Notes: a model not told the origin generated them from the letters alone. Positions 11,084 to 21,374 are shown, counted from the stretch's first letter. The stretch is 64,000 bases of DNA from Alphaproteobacteria bacterium (GCA_963555825.3 CAUVXB020000002.1:352001-416000); one strand, 5' to 3'. Numbers and translations are program-made.

Positions 11084-12967
11084 ATGTCGAAGCAAGCGCG
11101 AACGGTGAAGGCAGCGCCGGAGAAGTCGCACGAGCAGCTGGTGGCGGATCTCGCACGGCTGGAAAGCCGCCTCGCCGAACTCGAACTGGCGCATGAAACC
11201 CAGTCGGCGGAACTAAAAACGCTACGCGAGAACGAGGAATGCCTGCGCGCGGTCATCGACAATTCGCCCAACGCGATCTCGCTCAAGAGCGCCGACGGCC
11301 ACTACATCTTCATCAACCGCGTCTACGAGAAAATCAGCGGCAAGACCAACGAGGCGGCCAGGGGCAAGACCTCGCACGAGCTGTTCCCGAAGGCGTTCGC
11401 GGATTCGGGCGTCGCCCAGGACCGCACCGTCATCGAGACCGGCGAGATCGTCGAGCAAGAGGAGGAGGTGCGCTTCGACGACGGCGAGCACACCCTGCTC
11501 ACGGTCAAGTTCCCGGTGCGCGATGCGAGCGGCGAGATCGTCGCGGTCGGCGGCATCTCGACCGACATCACGACGCGCAAGGAGGCCGAGCAGCGCGTCG
11601 AGCACCTCGCTCAGCACGACCGCCTGACCAACCTGCCCAACCGCGCGCTGTTCCTCGACCGCCTGCGCCAGGGCGCGGCGCATGCCCGACGTCACAAGGA
11701 CATCATGGGCCTCCACCTGCTGGACCTCGATCACTTCAAGGACGTCAACGACACGCTGGGCCATCACGTCGGCGACGAGCTGCTCAAGAGTGTCGCCGGG
11801 CGCCTGAACGCCTCGATTCGTGAAACCGACACAGTAGCGCGCCTCGGCGGCGACGAGTTCGCCATCGTGCAGACCGAGGTCAATGACCTGCGCGGCACGA
11901 CCGACCTCGCCGAACGCGTCATCGACGCGCTGAGCAAGCCCTTCGTCATCGAGGGCAGCCGCATCCACACCGGCGCGACAATCGGTCTTGCGATCTTCCC
12001 CGACGACGCGACCAACACCGAAGAGCTGTTGCAGAAGGCCGACCTCGCGCTCTACGCCGGCAAGGCGAAGGGGCGCAACACCTTCCAGTTCTTCGACGAG
12101 AAGATGAGCGCCAATCTGCAGACCCGTAAGGTGATCGAAGCCGATCAGCGCGACGCGCTGTCTCAGGGCGAGGGATTCGACCTTCACTACCAGCCGCTGG
12201 TGACGCTCGATACCGGCCGCATCATCGGTATCGAGGCGCTGGTGCGCTGGACCCACCCCGAGCGCGGCGCGATCAAGCCGCGCGATTTCATTCCGGTCGC
12301 CGAATCGACCGGGCTGATCCGCGATCTCGATACCTGGGCCATGCGCGTCGCGACGCGCCAGCTGGCCGAGTGGCACGCGGCGGGCCATCGGCTGCGCCTC
12401 GCGCTCAACGTCTCGGCGGCGCAAGTGCTGAGCAACGGCTACGTCGCGCTGGTCAAGAAGACGCTGAAGGACACCGGCCTCGAGCCGAGCGCCATCGAGA
12501 TCGAGATCACCGAGGACATGTTCCTGCGCACGCGCGACCCGGCGGTCGGCAAGTCGCTGCGCAACCTTGACAAACTGGGCGTCAACATCTCGGTCGACGA
12601 CTTCGGCATCGGCTACGGCTCGCTGACCTATCTGCGCCGTTTTCCGATCTCGAAGGTCAAGATCGATGCCAGCTTCGTCAACGGCATCGGCAAGGACGCG
12701 GGCGACGAGGCGATCGTTCGCGCGGTCAACGGGCTGGGCCACAGCCTCGAGATGCGCACCCTCGCCGAGGGCATCGAGACCGAAGAACAGGTAGCCTTCC
12801 TGCGCAACGAAGGATGCGACGAGGGCCAGGGCTATTTCTTCGGCCGGCCGGCCCGCCCCCGCCGACGCGATGACGGCGCTTCTCGAGGCAAAGAAATAGG
12901 AATTCCGCGCCGCCCGGAATTCTCGGGCAGGCTGCTGGATAGATTCGCACGGTCGACACCGCTATGA
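11084..12967 (+). CDS. PAS-GGDEF-EAL c-di-GMP signalling protein (probable true stop at 12899 after a 1-nt shift)
   Basis: PAS, HDRLTNLPNR, RLGGDEF, IEALVRW, EITE, DDFG.GY, AEGIET, QGYFF. Confidence 0.92.
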   Translation: MSKQARTVKAAPEKSHEQLVADLARLESRLAELELAHETQSAELKTLRENEECLRAVIDNSPNAISLKSADGHYIFINRVYEKISGKTNEAARGKTSHELFPKAFADSGVAQDRTVIETGEIVEQEEEVRFDDGEHTLLTVKFPVRDASGEIVAVGGISTDITTRKEAEQRVEHLAQHDRLTNLPNRALFLDRLRQGAAHARRHKDIMGLHLLDLDHFKDVNDTLGHHVGDELLKSVAGRLNASIRETDTVARLGGDEFAIVQTEVNDLRGTTDLAERVIDALSKPFVIEGSRIHTGATIGLAIFPDDATNTEELLQKADLALYAGKAKGRNTFQFFDEKMSANLQTRKVIEADQRDALSQGEGFDLHYQPLVTLDTGRIIGIEALVRWTHPERGAIKPRDFIPVAESTGLIRDLDTWAMRVATRQLAEWHAAGHRLRLALNVSAAQVLSNGYVALVKKTLKDTGLEPSAIEIEITEDMFLRTRDPAVGKSLRNLDKLGVNISVDDFGIGYGSLTYLRRFPISKVKIDASFVNGIGKDAGDEAIVRAVNGLGHSLEMRTLAEGIETEEQVAFLRNEGCDEGQGYFFGRPARPRRRDDGASRGKEIGIPRRPEFSGRLLDRFARSTPL

Positions 12968-13015
12968 TCGGTGGATAGCCTTTTGACGTCGTTGCACAAG
13001 CATGGGCCGAGACAC

Positions 13016-13345
13016 GTGATCAACCGGGTAGCAAAATTCCAGATGGGACAGGTCGTCCACCATCGCGTCTATTCGTTCCGCGGTGTGATTTTCGATATCG
13101 ACCCGACCTTCAACAACACCGACGAGTGGTGGGAGTCGATCCCCGCGGACGTCCGACCGCACAAGGACCAACCCTACTATCACCTGCTCGCCGAGAACGA
13201 AGCGACCTATTACATCGCCTATGTCTCGGAGCAGAACCTGGTGGTCGACGAGACCGGCGAGCCGGTCGGCCACCCAGAGGTCGGCGAGATGTTCGGTGAT
13301 CTCGAGAACGGCCTGTACACGATCCGCCACAACCACGCACATTGA
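13016..13345 (+). CDS. hspQ: Heat shock protein HspQ (YccV-like)
   Basis: AKFQMGQVVHHR..FRGVIFDIDP.F..KDQPYYHLLAEN..YVSEQNL. Confidence 0.9.
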   Translation: MINRVAKFQMGQVVHHRVYSFRGVIFDIDPTFNNTDEWWESIPADVRPHKDQPYYHLLAENEATYYIAYVSEQNLVVDETGEPVGHPEVGEMFGDLENGLYTIRHNHAH

Positions 13346-13379
13346 ACTCGCCACGGTATCGACGAAGGGATCGATAATC

Positions 13380-13967
13380 ATGCAGCTTCAGGGAATTCGG
13401 CCGCTGTCGAGATGGCTCGTCGCGGCAGCATTGACTGGCCTTTTGGTTGTTACGGCGGCGCCCGACGTCCGCGCGGCGCAGGAAGACACCTTCGAGCTCG
13501 AGCTCGTGCTGGCCGAGGCGAGCGACTTCTTCGGCGAGACCACCCACGGGCTGGCGACGATCTTCGAGAAGGTGTTCGCCGAACTCGGCGAGCCGAACGG
13601 CTTCATCAAGGGCGAGGAAGTCTCGGGCGCCTTCGTCTTCGGCCTGCGTTACGGCCGCGGCACCTTCCACCGCAAGAACGCCGAGACGGTCAAGATTTTC
13701 TGGCAGGGGCCGTCGGTCGGCTGGGACTTCGGCGGCAACGCCTCGCGCGCCTTCGTCCTGGTCTACGATCTCGATCAGCTCGACGATCTGTTCCAGCGCT
13801 ATCCCGGCATCGAGGGCAGCTTCTATTTCGTCGCCGGTCTCGGCGTTAACTACCAGCGGCGCGGCGACGTCACGCTGGCGCCGATCCGCACCGGTGTCGG
13901 CCTGCGCGCCGGCGCCAACGTCGGCTACCTGCACATGACCGCCGAGCACAGCTGGATACCGTTCTAG
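13380..13967 (+). CDS. eipA: DUF1134 envelope protein (EipA)
   Basis: Signal peptide; PNGFIKGEE.SGAF..GLRYG.G, WQGPSVGWDFG, PIRTGVGLR.GANVGYL. Confidence 0.85.
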   Translation: MQLQGIRPLSRWLVAAALTGLLVVTAAPDVRAAQEDTFELELVLAEASDFFGETTHGLATIFEKVFAELGEPNGFIKGEEVSGAFVFGLRYGRGTFHRKNAETVKIFWQGPSVGWDFGGNASRAFVLVYDLDQLDDLFQRYPGIEGSFYFVAGLGVNYQRRGDVTLAPIRTGVGLRAGANVGYLHMTAEHSWIPF

Positions 13968-14057
13968 GACCGCCCGGCAGCCCTGCAGCCAGCAGAACTG
14001 CAACGCTATGACATTTCCGCAGACCCATCCGTGGCGAATTCTGACGACGCACCGTTG

Positions 14058-14361
14058 CTAGGGCGCGGTCTTTGTGATCGTGAAGCGGAAATCCTTCCAA
14101 TGGGTCCATACCCATCCGCCAGCGTTGCCGCTGAAACCGCCCTCGGCGTACTTGACCCGCAGTGACGTGTTGAAGACGGCGCTTTTGTTTTTCTTAGGCG
14201 CAACGGCGAAGTTCACCAGCATTTGGCCCTTCTCATCGACGCTCCCCTCGATGTCTCCGACATAGGCTCCCGTATCGAACGGCGAGGAGAAGAGGTGATT
14301 TTGGATCCGCATCCTGGCCGCGTTTCGCGCCCACCCGGCCGAGATGTCTTTGACGACCAGG
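14058..14361 (-). pseudogene. 3' half of a lipoprotein gene split by IS3
   Basis: Removing the IS plus one CAGG joins ..GEWIL to VVKDISAG.. in frame. Confidence 0.8.
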
Positions 14362-14423
14362 TGAGGTGGTCCCACTTTGTTGGACAGTTTGGCAGCGCGG
14401 TTAAGGTGTATTCCGTTGTTTGA

Positions 14424-15353
14424 TCATGCTGCCAAAATCCTTTTTATCACATCCTGTTGCTGTTGTTGAGCCTGTGGGGATGTGGGCAAGGCGCGAGCCT
14501 TGTCCATCATATCCACAGGTTGACCGGCCCCGTAGGCCTCGGCCGGCGTTTGACCGTCGAGGGACGAATGGGGCCGCTCGGTGTTGTAGAAGCCGATCCA
14601 CTCGCCGATGACCCGTTCGGCGTGGAAGCCGTCGGTGAGCTCGTGTAGGTAGACCGCCTCATACTTGAGAGACCGCCACAGGCGCTCGATGAAGATGTTG
14701 TCCATGCAGCGGCCCCGACCGTCCATGGAGATGCGGATGCTCGCGTTCTTGAGCACGCCGGTGAAGTCGAGGCTGGTGAACTGGCTGCCCTGATCCGTAT
14801 TGAATATCTCCGGCTGGCCGTAGCGGGCCAGCGCGTCGCCCAAGGCCTCGGCGCAGAATCCAGCGTCCATGGTGTTCGACAGCCGCCAGGATAAAACGTG
14901 GCGCGTCGCCCAGTCCATGATCGCTACCAGGTACAGAAAGCCACGCTGGACGGGGATATAGGTGATGTCGGCGCACCAGACCCGATTGGGCTGGTCGATA
15001 GCCATCCCTTTGAGAAGATAAGGATAAATCCGGTGCATGGGATGCGGCACGCTGGTTCTCGGCGCCTGATAGATCGCCTCCAGGCCTATCAATCGCATCA
15101 ACCTGCGAACCCGGTGACGGCCGACGCAAACGCCGTCCCGCCGCAACTGGCGGACCATCTGGCGGCTGCCGTAGAACGGGTACTTCATGAACAACTCGTC
15201 GATCCGACGCATCAGCGCCAGACTCGAAGGGCTCTCCCCCCTGGGCGCATAATAGAACGAGGACCGGCCGATCGAAAGCAGGCGGCATTGACGGCTCAAG
15301 CTCAGCTCGGGGGCGTCGCGTGTGATCATCGCCTTGCGCTCCCCCCGGCTCAT
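14424..15353 (-). CDS. IS3 OrfB DDE transposase/integrase
   Basis: VWCADITY, FNTDQGSQF, DNIFIERLWRSLKYE, YNTERPHSSL. Confidence 0.95.
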   Translation of the reverse strand: MSRGERKAMITRDAPELSLSRQCRLLSIGRSSFYYAPRGESPSSLALMRRIDELFMKYPFYGSRQMVRQLRRDGVCVGRHRVRRLMRLIGLEAIYQAPRTSVPHPMHRIYPYLLKGMAIDQPNRVWCADITYIPVQRGFLYLVAIMDWATRHVLSWRLSNTMDAGFCAEALGDALARYGQPEIFNTDQGSQFTSLDFTGVLKNASIRISMDGRGRCMDNIFIERLWRSLKYEAVYLHELTDGFHAERVIGEWIGFYNTERPHSSLDGQTPAEAYGAGQPVDMMDKARALPTSPQAQQQQQDVIKRILAA

Positions 15354-15631
15354 CGCTTGAGCCCTCTGGCTAAAAAATCCCGTTCCACCGTCAGCTCGCC
15401 GATCTTGGCGTGAAGGTCGCGGACCTCGGATTCATGATCCCGGCAAGCGCGGTTGGCGCCGTTCGAAAACACTTCGCCCAGACCGTCCACCGCCTGGCGC
15501 TTCCAGGCGCTCACCTGGTTCGGATGCACCTTGTGCTTGGCCGCGATCTGCTGGATCGTCTTGTCGCCCCGCAGCGCTTCCAGCGCCACCCGGGCCTTGA
15601 ATTCCGCCGTAAACCGGCGTCGATTCGTCAT
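15350..15631 (-). CDS. IS3 OrfA (HTH_Tnp_1)
   Basis: RRRFTAEFKARVAL..VHPNQVSAWK..LTVERDFL; GATTTTTTAG slippery site at the OrfA/B overlap. Confidence 0.93.
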   Translation of the reverse strand: MTNRRRFTAEFKARVALEALRGDKTIQQIAAKHKVHPNQVSAWKRQAVDGLGEVFSNGANRACRDHESEVRDLHAKIGELTVERDFLARGLKR

Positions 15632-15698
15632 CTCGTATTCCTCCGTTATCCGGTGGAATACACCTTAGCTCCCTGTCCGATTTTCTGGGACCACCTCA

Positions 15699-16088
15699 CA
15701 GGATCCATTCACCGTCGAACCGAGTCGGTGAGATAATTTCGATATCACACTGCTTTTGCAGGCTGATCTCCTTGAGCGCCTCATACTGGCCTTGCAGCGC
15801 GGCGTATTCGGTCGCTTCCGGCCCATTGCCTTCGATGAAGAAGAGCGGCGGCAGGAACACGATCATGCCCATGGCCATCTTGAAATCATCTTCGCTGGAG
15901 CGCGCGTCGACCATCTTCGCGACCTCGACGGCGCGATCGATGACCCGGTGCACCTCGACGCCGATGTCCTCGCAAGTCAGGTGCTTGTATGTCACGGCCG
16001 ACACGTAGGACGGCGAAATCTCCTTCGATGGTGAGGCACATCCCGAGATCGTCAACGCGATCGTCGCTAGGTAGAGGTGTCTACGCAT
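15699..16088 (-). pseudogene. 5' half of a lipoprotein gene split by IS3
   Basis: Lipobox ISGC; stop codon supplied by the IS end. Confidence 0.8.
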
Positions 16089-16249
16089 GCTCAGGGCCCC
16101 TGTGATGCAATCTCATCAAGCGCGAAAAATTCCGTCGACTTCGACGTGGCTGTTTGGCCGCCGCGCTACGAACGCGCAAATGACGAACAAATAATATGAA
16201 ACCGCACGATATAGAAGCAACGGCCAAAGCGCGGCGACGAATACCCCAC

Positions 16250-17101
16250 CTAGCCTTCCCCGACGACGGCGCGTGCCAGTTCCTCGGCGTGATCGCGGGC
16301 GTAGTCGGCGAAGGCGATGGCGGGGCGGCCCGTGACGCGTTCGACGTCGTCGGCGACCGGTGCCATGCGGCCCGCGCGAATGTCGCGGAACAGGCCGTTC
16401 AGGTCGGCGGCCGCGCCGGCGTCCATGCCGCTCTCGGCGGCCCAGGCGTCTTCGCTCAGATCCTCGAAGACGACGCGGCGGCCGGTCGCGTCGGAGATGA
16501 TATCGGCGACCTCGGCGTGGCTCAGCGTCTCGGGTCCGGTCAGCGTGAAGGCCTGGTTCCAAAGGCCTTGATCGTCGAGCGCCGCGATGGCGACGGCGGC
16601 GATGTCGCGGACGTCGACGAACGAGACGCGCCCGTCGCCGACCGGCAGGCGGATCGCACCGCCCGCGGCCATCGAGTGGAAGTTCTGGTGGAACCAGTTG
16701 GGCCGCAGCAGCAGGTAGCCGAGGCCGGAACAGGCGAGCCGGCGGTCGGCGACGCCGTGGTCGCGCGAATAGCCGGGCGCGGCGTTTTCGTCGGCGCCCA
16801 TGCCCGAGATTCGCGCGATGACCCGCACACCCACGTTCCGAGCCGCCGCGATGATGTTGTCCTGCAAGGCAAGAAAGTCGGGATGACTGAAGGCGGTCAT
16901 GAAGGTTGCGTCGACGCCTTCGAACGCGCGCGCTAGTGCTTGTCTATCCTCGAACCCGCCAATCACCGTCTCGACACCCGCCGGCAGGCGTTGGGCCTGG
17001 TCGGGCGAGCGGATCAGGGTGCGCACGGCGCGGCCCTCGGCGGCGAGTCGGCGCAGCACCGCGCCACCCACATTGCCGGTCGCGCCGGTGACCAGGATCA
17101 T
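16250..17101 (-). CDS. NmrA-like atypical SDR NAD(P)-binding protein
   Basis: MILVTGATGNVG, LRPNWF.QN, SFVDVRDIA, LTGPE.LS. Confidence 0.88.
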   Translation of the reverse strand: MILVTGATGNVGGAVLRRLAAEGRAVRTLIRSPDQAQRLPAGVETVIGGFEDRQALARAFEGVDATFMTAFSHPDFLALQDNIIAAARNVGVRVIARISGMGADENAAPGYSRDHGVADRRLACSGLGYLLLRPNWFHQNFHSMAAGGAIRLPVGDGRVSFVDVRDIAAVAIAALDDQGLWNQAFTLTGPETLSHAEVADIISDATGRRVVFEDLSEDAWAAESGMDAGAAADLNGLFRDIRAGRMAPVADDVERVTGRPAIAFADYARDHAEELARAVVGEG

Positions 17102-17104
17102 TTG

Positions 17105-17917
17105 TCAGCCAGAGCGACCGTTGTCCGACGGCAGCTCGGCGGTCCGCGGATCGACCCGGCGGCCGTCGAACAGAACCTCGTAATGGAGATGCGCGCCGGT
17201 CGAGCGTCCGGTCGAGCCGACCGTGCCGATCGCCTGACCGCGCCGCACCCGTGCACCGCGACGCAAGTGTTCGGCGAACGCGCTCAGATGGGCGTACGCC
17301 GTCTCGGTGCGCGCGTCGTGGCGGATGCGGACGTAGTTGCCATAGGCGCCGCGCCGGCCGGCCTCGACCACGACGCCGTCGGCGACGGCATGGACCGGTG
17401 CGCCGCGGGGCAGCGCGAAATCGATGCCGCGATGCATCTTCGAATAGCCCAGGAGGGGATGCAGGCGCGGCCCGTAGCCCGACGAGATGCGCGCGCCGGC
17501 GACCGGTGCGCTGGCGAGCGTCAGTTCGGGCGCGCCGCCCGGCGCATCGGCGATCGCCGGCGCCACGTCGCTCGATCGGCGGGCGACGATGAAGACCCGC
17601 TCGACCGGGCCGCCGGGCCGCTGGATCATGACATGGTCGAAGTCGGCGAGCAGCGCCTCGAGGCGCGCGCGCAAACCGCCGCCGGCGGCCGGCGCCGCGA
17701 TCCCGGCGGTCTTGCCGATGCCCTTGATCTCGACGCCATGCGCCGCCGCGAGGCGCGCCAGTTCGTCGGCCAGCGCCGGCTCGCCCGCCCGCGCCGGGCC
17801 GACGTCGAACGCCATCAGCGCTACCACCAGCGCAACCGCCAAAGAGGCCCGCGCGCTGCGTACCGCCGCTGGGTTCGTCCTTGTTGCCGCAATCGGCATG
17901 TCCTGGCCATCATCCAT
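17105..17917 (-). CDS. M23-family peptidase with signal peptide and small N-terminal domain (start uncertain)
   Basis: ISSGYG.R.HP..H.GIDF, YGNY, YAHLS, GSTGRSTGAHLHYEV. Confidence 0.85.
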   Translation of the reverse strand: MDDGQDMPIAATRTNPAAVRSARASLAVALVVALMAFDVGPARAGEPALADELARLAAAHGVEIKGIGKTAGIAAPAAGGGLRARLEALLADFDHVMIQRPGGPVERVFIVARRSSDVAPAIADAPGGAPELTLASAPVAGARISSGYGPRLHPLLGYSKMHRGIDFALPRGAPVHAVADGVVVEAGRRGAYGNYVRIRHDARTETAYAHLSAFAEHLRRGARVRRGQAIGTVGSTGRSTGAHLHYEVLFDGRRVDPRTAELPSDNGRSG

Positions 17918-18136
17918 TGGGGCGCCGCGTTCGACGGGCGTCATTGCCGCCATGATGACCGATTCACGTGCCACAGGCATCATCCGATCGCATGATGTCC
18001 GGAAATTCCGTGTGTTCGCCTGATTTCCGCGTGGCATCGGACCGTCGCGCATGGCCACGATGCGAATTCGGCGCTTGCCATCGGACGCGCCGGGGCCGCA
18101 GACTCACGGCATCGCGTCACGACATCCGAGGAACCG

Positions 18137-19234
18137 ATGAGCGCACCGACCGTGATTTCCGCCGATTCGCACGTCCAGGAGCCGCCCGAGCTGTATGCCG
18201 AGCGGCTGCCCGCGCGGTTCCGCCACCGGGCGCCGCGCATCGTCGAGCGCGACGGCGCGCGCTATTCGGTGATCGACGGCAAACGGCCGCGCCGCATGGA
18301 TGTCGCCGCCGCGCGCATCAACGAGGACGACCAGAACCGCGAGTTCCGTGACGATCCGTCGGGCGGGCGCGACCTCGACCGGCGTCTCGCCGACCTGGCG
18401 CGCGACGGCGTCGGCGCCGAGGTCATCTACCCCAACCAGTCGCTGTTTCTCTACAACTCGGCCGACACCGGCTATCAGTTCGCCGTCGCCCAGGCGTACA
18501 ACGACTGGGCGCAGGAGCTGTTCGGCGGCCGCGCCGACCGCTTCGCGCCGGTCGCCATCGTGCCGATCGCCGACATCGATGGCGCGGTCGCCGAGGTCGA
18601 GCGCGTCGCCAGGCTCGGCTACCGCTCGATCAAGATCCCGATCACCGTCGACGAGCGGCCCTACAACCTGCCCGACTACGAGCCGCTGTGGGCCGCCGTT
18701 GCCGACGCGAACCTGGTTTTGAGCCTGCACGCGTTCTCCGAGTCGACGGACAAATACCCGGCCGACTGGGGCGAGGAGGACGGCATCGGCGGCGCGCTCA
18801 ATCACATGGCGATGAGCATGGCGCGCGGCCAGGAACCGGTCGCGCTGTTGATCGCCTCGGGCGCGCTCGAGCGCCACCCGGCCTTGCGCTTCGTCATCGT
18901 CGAATGCGGCGCCGGCTGGCTCGCCTGGCTGCTCTACGTCCTCGACGAACAGGTCGAGAAGAAGCACATGTGGGTGCGCCCCAAGCTCTCGATGCTGCCG
19001 AGCGAGATTTTCGCGTGCCAGGGCCACGTCACCTTCTCGGACGACCCGGTGGCGCTCAACAACATCGCGTTCACCGGCGCCGACTGCCTGCTCTGGGGCA
19101 GCGATTACCCGCACGACGAGGGCACCTTCCCGCATAGCCAGGCGGTCATCGAGCGCACCTTCGCGGGCATCTCGGACGCCGACAAGCGCAAGATCGTCCA
19201 CGACAACGCCGCCCGCCTCTACGGCTTCGGCTGA
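18137..19234 (+). CDS. Amidohydrolase family 2 protein
   Basis: ISADSHVQEP, AEVIYP, YNDW, VECGAGW, LWGSDYPH.EGTFP. Confidence 0.9.
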   Translation: MSAPTVISADSHVQEPPELYAERLPARFRHRAPRIVERDGARYSVIDGKRPRRMDVAAARINEDDQNREFRDDPSGGRDLDRRLADLARDGVGAEVIYPNQSLFLYNSADTGYQFAVAQAYNDWAQELFGGRADRFAPVAIVPIADIDGAVAEVERVARLGYRSIKIPITVDERPYNLPDYEPLWAAVADANLVLSLHAFSESTDKYPADWGEEDGIGGALNHMAMSMARGQEPVALLIASGALERHPALRFVIVECGAGWLAWLLYVLDEQVEKKHMWVRPKLSMLPSEIFACQGHVTFSDDPVALNNIAFTGADCLLWGSDYPHDEGTFPHSQAVIERTFAGISDADKRKIVHDNAARLYGFG

Positions 19235-19235
19235 G

Positions 19236-19271
19236 GCCGGGCTTTTCACCATGGACAGGCGCGTCATCGCG
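19236..19271. repeat. Orphan left end of the MITE at 29768..30301
   Basis: TCACCATGGACAGGCGCGTCATCGCG is identical to 29778 onward. Confidence 0.7.
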
Positions 19272-19472
19272 CCCGCCGGCGTACAGCAGTTCTGGTCGGC
19301 GGTGATCAACCTGGTCTTTCTCCTGAGCGCCGGGTTCGTCGGCGCCAGGCCGCGCCCAGCGCCATCTTACGGCCGCCGCCCGGCAATAAACCGATTGTGA
19401 ACCTGGACTGTGGGATATGAGGTATGATGTGATCGGAAGGGCTTTGCATTCAAAGGCAACGACGCCACGGCC

Positions 19473-20030
19473 ATGAGCTTATGGAAGACCCTGCTCCACC
19501 CCGACCGCGAAGAGGTGGAAATGAAGGAACGGCTGGTGGTCATCTCCGCCGCCAACCAGCTCCAGGTGGGCGAGTTCCAGCTCCTCCAGCTGGCCTATAG
19601 GGAATGGTTCGGCGAAGACCTGCCCGAGGCCCTGGTGGCCGAGCTGTTCACCTCGTACATGCTGCACCATCGCGTGCCCCACTGGGCCCGGCACTATGCG
19701 CGCCGCGTCATTGACGGCTACGAGCGGGGCGACCTGGACGATAATGCGCCCATGTTCCACCGTTACGACGACGACTACCACACCCAGGTGCCGCGGGGGG
19801 TCCAGCGGTTCTGCGTCGCCGCGGCGGGGGTGATCATCGCCGTCTTCGGCAGCATTTACATCGCCGGCCAGGTCGTCGATCCGACGGCGTCGATGCTGCC
19901 GCCGTATTTCGAGGAAAAGGACCTGCCTCGGGCCCTGCCCGACATGAGGGTGGACACCCGGGAACAGGAACTCTTCATCGCGCCTGGCGGCGCCGGTAAT
20001 TTCAGCGACGTCAGCCAGCCCAGGCCCTGA
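19473..20030 (+). CDS. Hypothetical protein with one C-terminal TM helix
   Basis: ATG start, strong GC3 bias, TM segment VAAAGVIIAVFGSIYIA. Confidence 0.7.
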   Translation: MSLWKTLLHPDREEVEMKERLVVISAANQLQVGEFQLLQLAYREWFGEDLPEALVAELFTSYMLHHRVPHWARHYARRVIDGYERGDLDDNAPMFHRYDDDYHTQVPRGVQRFCVAAAGVIIAVFGSIYIAGQVVDPTASMLPPYFEEKDLPRALPDMRVDTREQELFIAPGGAGNFSDVSQPRP

Positions 20031-20231
20031 ATCTTGGTATGAACCGGAACGTCGGTTCTTCCTGCCGACGAAACCTGATCGGATCCCTTGTCCGGGCTCG
20101 GTGCTTGGGCTCCGCTTCGCGAGAGCGCTTCTCGCCTCTTGGAATTGGGTTGCCGGTCGCCGCCGGCGCGTCTTTTCGCCTCTTGGCCAGCCGGTGTTGT
20201 CAGCCGCCCGATGAGCCGCTAAGGTCCGCCA

Positions 20232-20432
20232 ATGTTTGAATTCGCCGGGGAGGCCGAGCCCTTCGTAAACCTGATGTTCCTAGGTGCCACCGGCTATATC
20301 GCTCTCCACGGAATCCGCTTCCGGGACGAGGAAGGCGAATCGGATTTCGTGCATCTCCTGTTCGGCTGTATCGCGGCCGTTTTCTTCTTCCTGGTGCTGT
20401 TCCAGGACGTATTGGGATTGCTCCACTTTTAG
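20232..20432 (+). CDS. Small 2-TM hypothetical protein
   Basis: Two hydrophobic helices around an acidic loop; coding-like codon usage. Confidence 0.6.
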   Translation: MFEFAGEAEPFVNLMFLGATGYIALHGIRFRDEEGESDFVHLLFGCIAAVFFFLVLFQDVLGLLHF

Positions 20433-20554
20433 AGCAAGGCAACCGGCGCAGGGTCGGAACAGGGCTCCGTCCGGGTCGCCCGACGCCTACGCTATTCGCG
20501 CCGGCGGGAGTTTCCCCGATTCGTAGGGAGTCGATCTACGAAGCCGCCGAAAAT

Positions 20555-21049
20555 CTATTGCCTGCACTCTCCGACCGAGCCGCCCTTGCACTTGGTCGTG
20601 CCGTCTGTCCACGTCGCCCCGGCCATCCTGACCGCGCCCAGCTTGGCCCCGTCCAGGTTGGCGTCGGTGAGGTTGGCCCTTTCCAAATTGGCCTCTTCCA
20701 GGTTGGCCCCCGACAGGTCGGCGCCCGACAGGTCGGCGTCCTTCAAGATGGCCTTCATGAGCTTGGCGTTTTTCAGGTTGGCCCCCGACAGGTCGGCGCT
20801 CGTCAGATCGGCGCCACGAAGGTCCGCCTTCTCGAGATTGGCGTCCTTGAGCTTGGAATGGTGAAGGACGGCGTCCTCGAGAACGGCCCGCTTCAGGTTC
20901 GCGCCCTCGAAGTCCTTCCTCGCGAAATCGCATTTGGACCAGATTACATAGGCGGCCGGCGGGTCATAACATTCCGCGCTCGCCGGCGGCGGCGTCATAA
21001 GCCATACCGCCGCGAGCGCCGGTAACGCGAGTCGTACGCCATTGTTCAT
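20555..21049 (-). CDS. Secreted pentapeptide-repeat protein
   Basis: Signal peptide; A(D/N)LxG repeats; C-terminal WTDG..C..S.G.C. Confidence 0.9.
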   Translation of the reverse strand: MNNGVRLALPALAAVWLMTPPPASAECYDPPAAYVIWSKCDFARKDFEGANLKRAVLEDAVLHHSKLKDANLEKADLRGADLTSADLSGANLKNAKLMKAILKDADLSGADLSGANLEEANLERANLTDANLDGAKLGAVRMAGATWTDGTTKCKGGSVGECRQ

Positions 21050-21200
21050 GGAATCACCCAGGTCCTAACCGATTCGATGCTGGGCGCCTGCCGCGGAATG
21101 ACTGGCCGCGTGCTTCGGCGCAATTATTCGCCATCGGAAGCCTGCGTCCGTACAGGTCAGTAACGATCCCCGCCCGGTCAAACGACGTCCGGGCCCGTGG

Positions 21201-21374
21201 TCAGCCCAACCACATCGACAGCATAACGCCGCCGCCAAGGACGACGGTGATGCCGACGACAATGATCGCCATCACGGCAATTTGCTTGCCCACCGACGGC
21301 ATCGTGGATTCGTCTGTATCCTTGTCTGCTTCCGCCGCAGCGGGTTGTTCTTGAGATCCGCTACTTTCCGACAT
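21201..21374 (-). CDS. Small single-TM protein (57 aa)
   Basis: GGAGA RBS, acidic N-terminus, C-terminal TM. Confidence 0.55.
   Translation of the reverse strand: MSESSGSQEQPAAAEADKDTDESTMPSVGKQIAVMAIIVVGITVVLGGGVMLSMWLG

Larger units (their letters stand above)
14362..15698 (-). mobile_element. Complete IS3-family element, 1337 bp, 4-bp TSD CAGG
   Basis: Ends TGAGGTGGTCCCACTTTGTTGGACA and TGTCCGATTTTCTGGGACCACCTCA; CAGG at 14358-14361 and 15699-15702. Confidence 0.95.

Noticed and set aside
12840-12967. Odd C-terminal tail of the GGDEF-EAL protein
   Set aside because: A 1-nt shift in a GC run gives a normal end (PADAMTALLEAKK*, stop at 12899) followed by a hairpin; most likely a sequencing indel.
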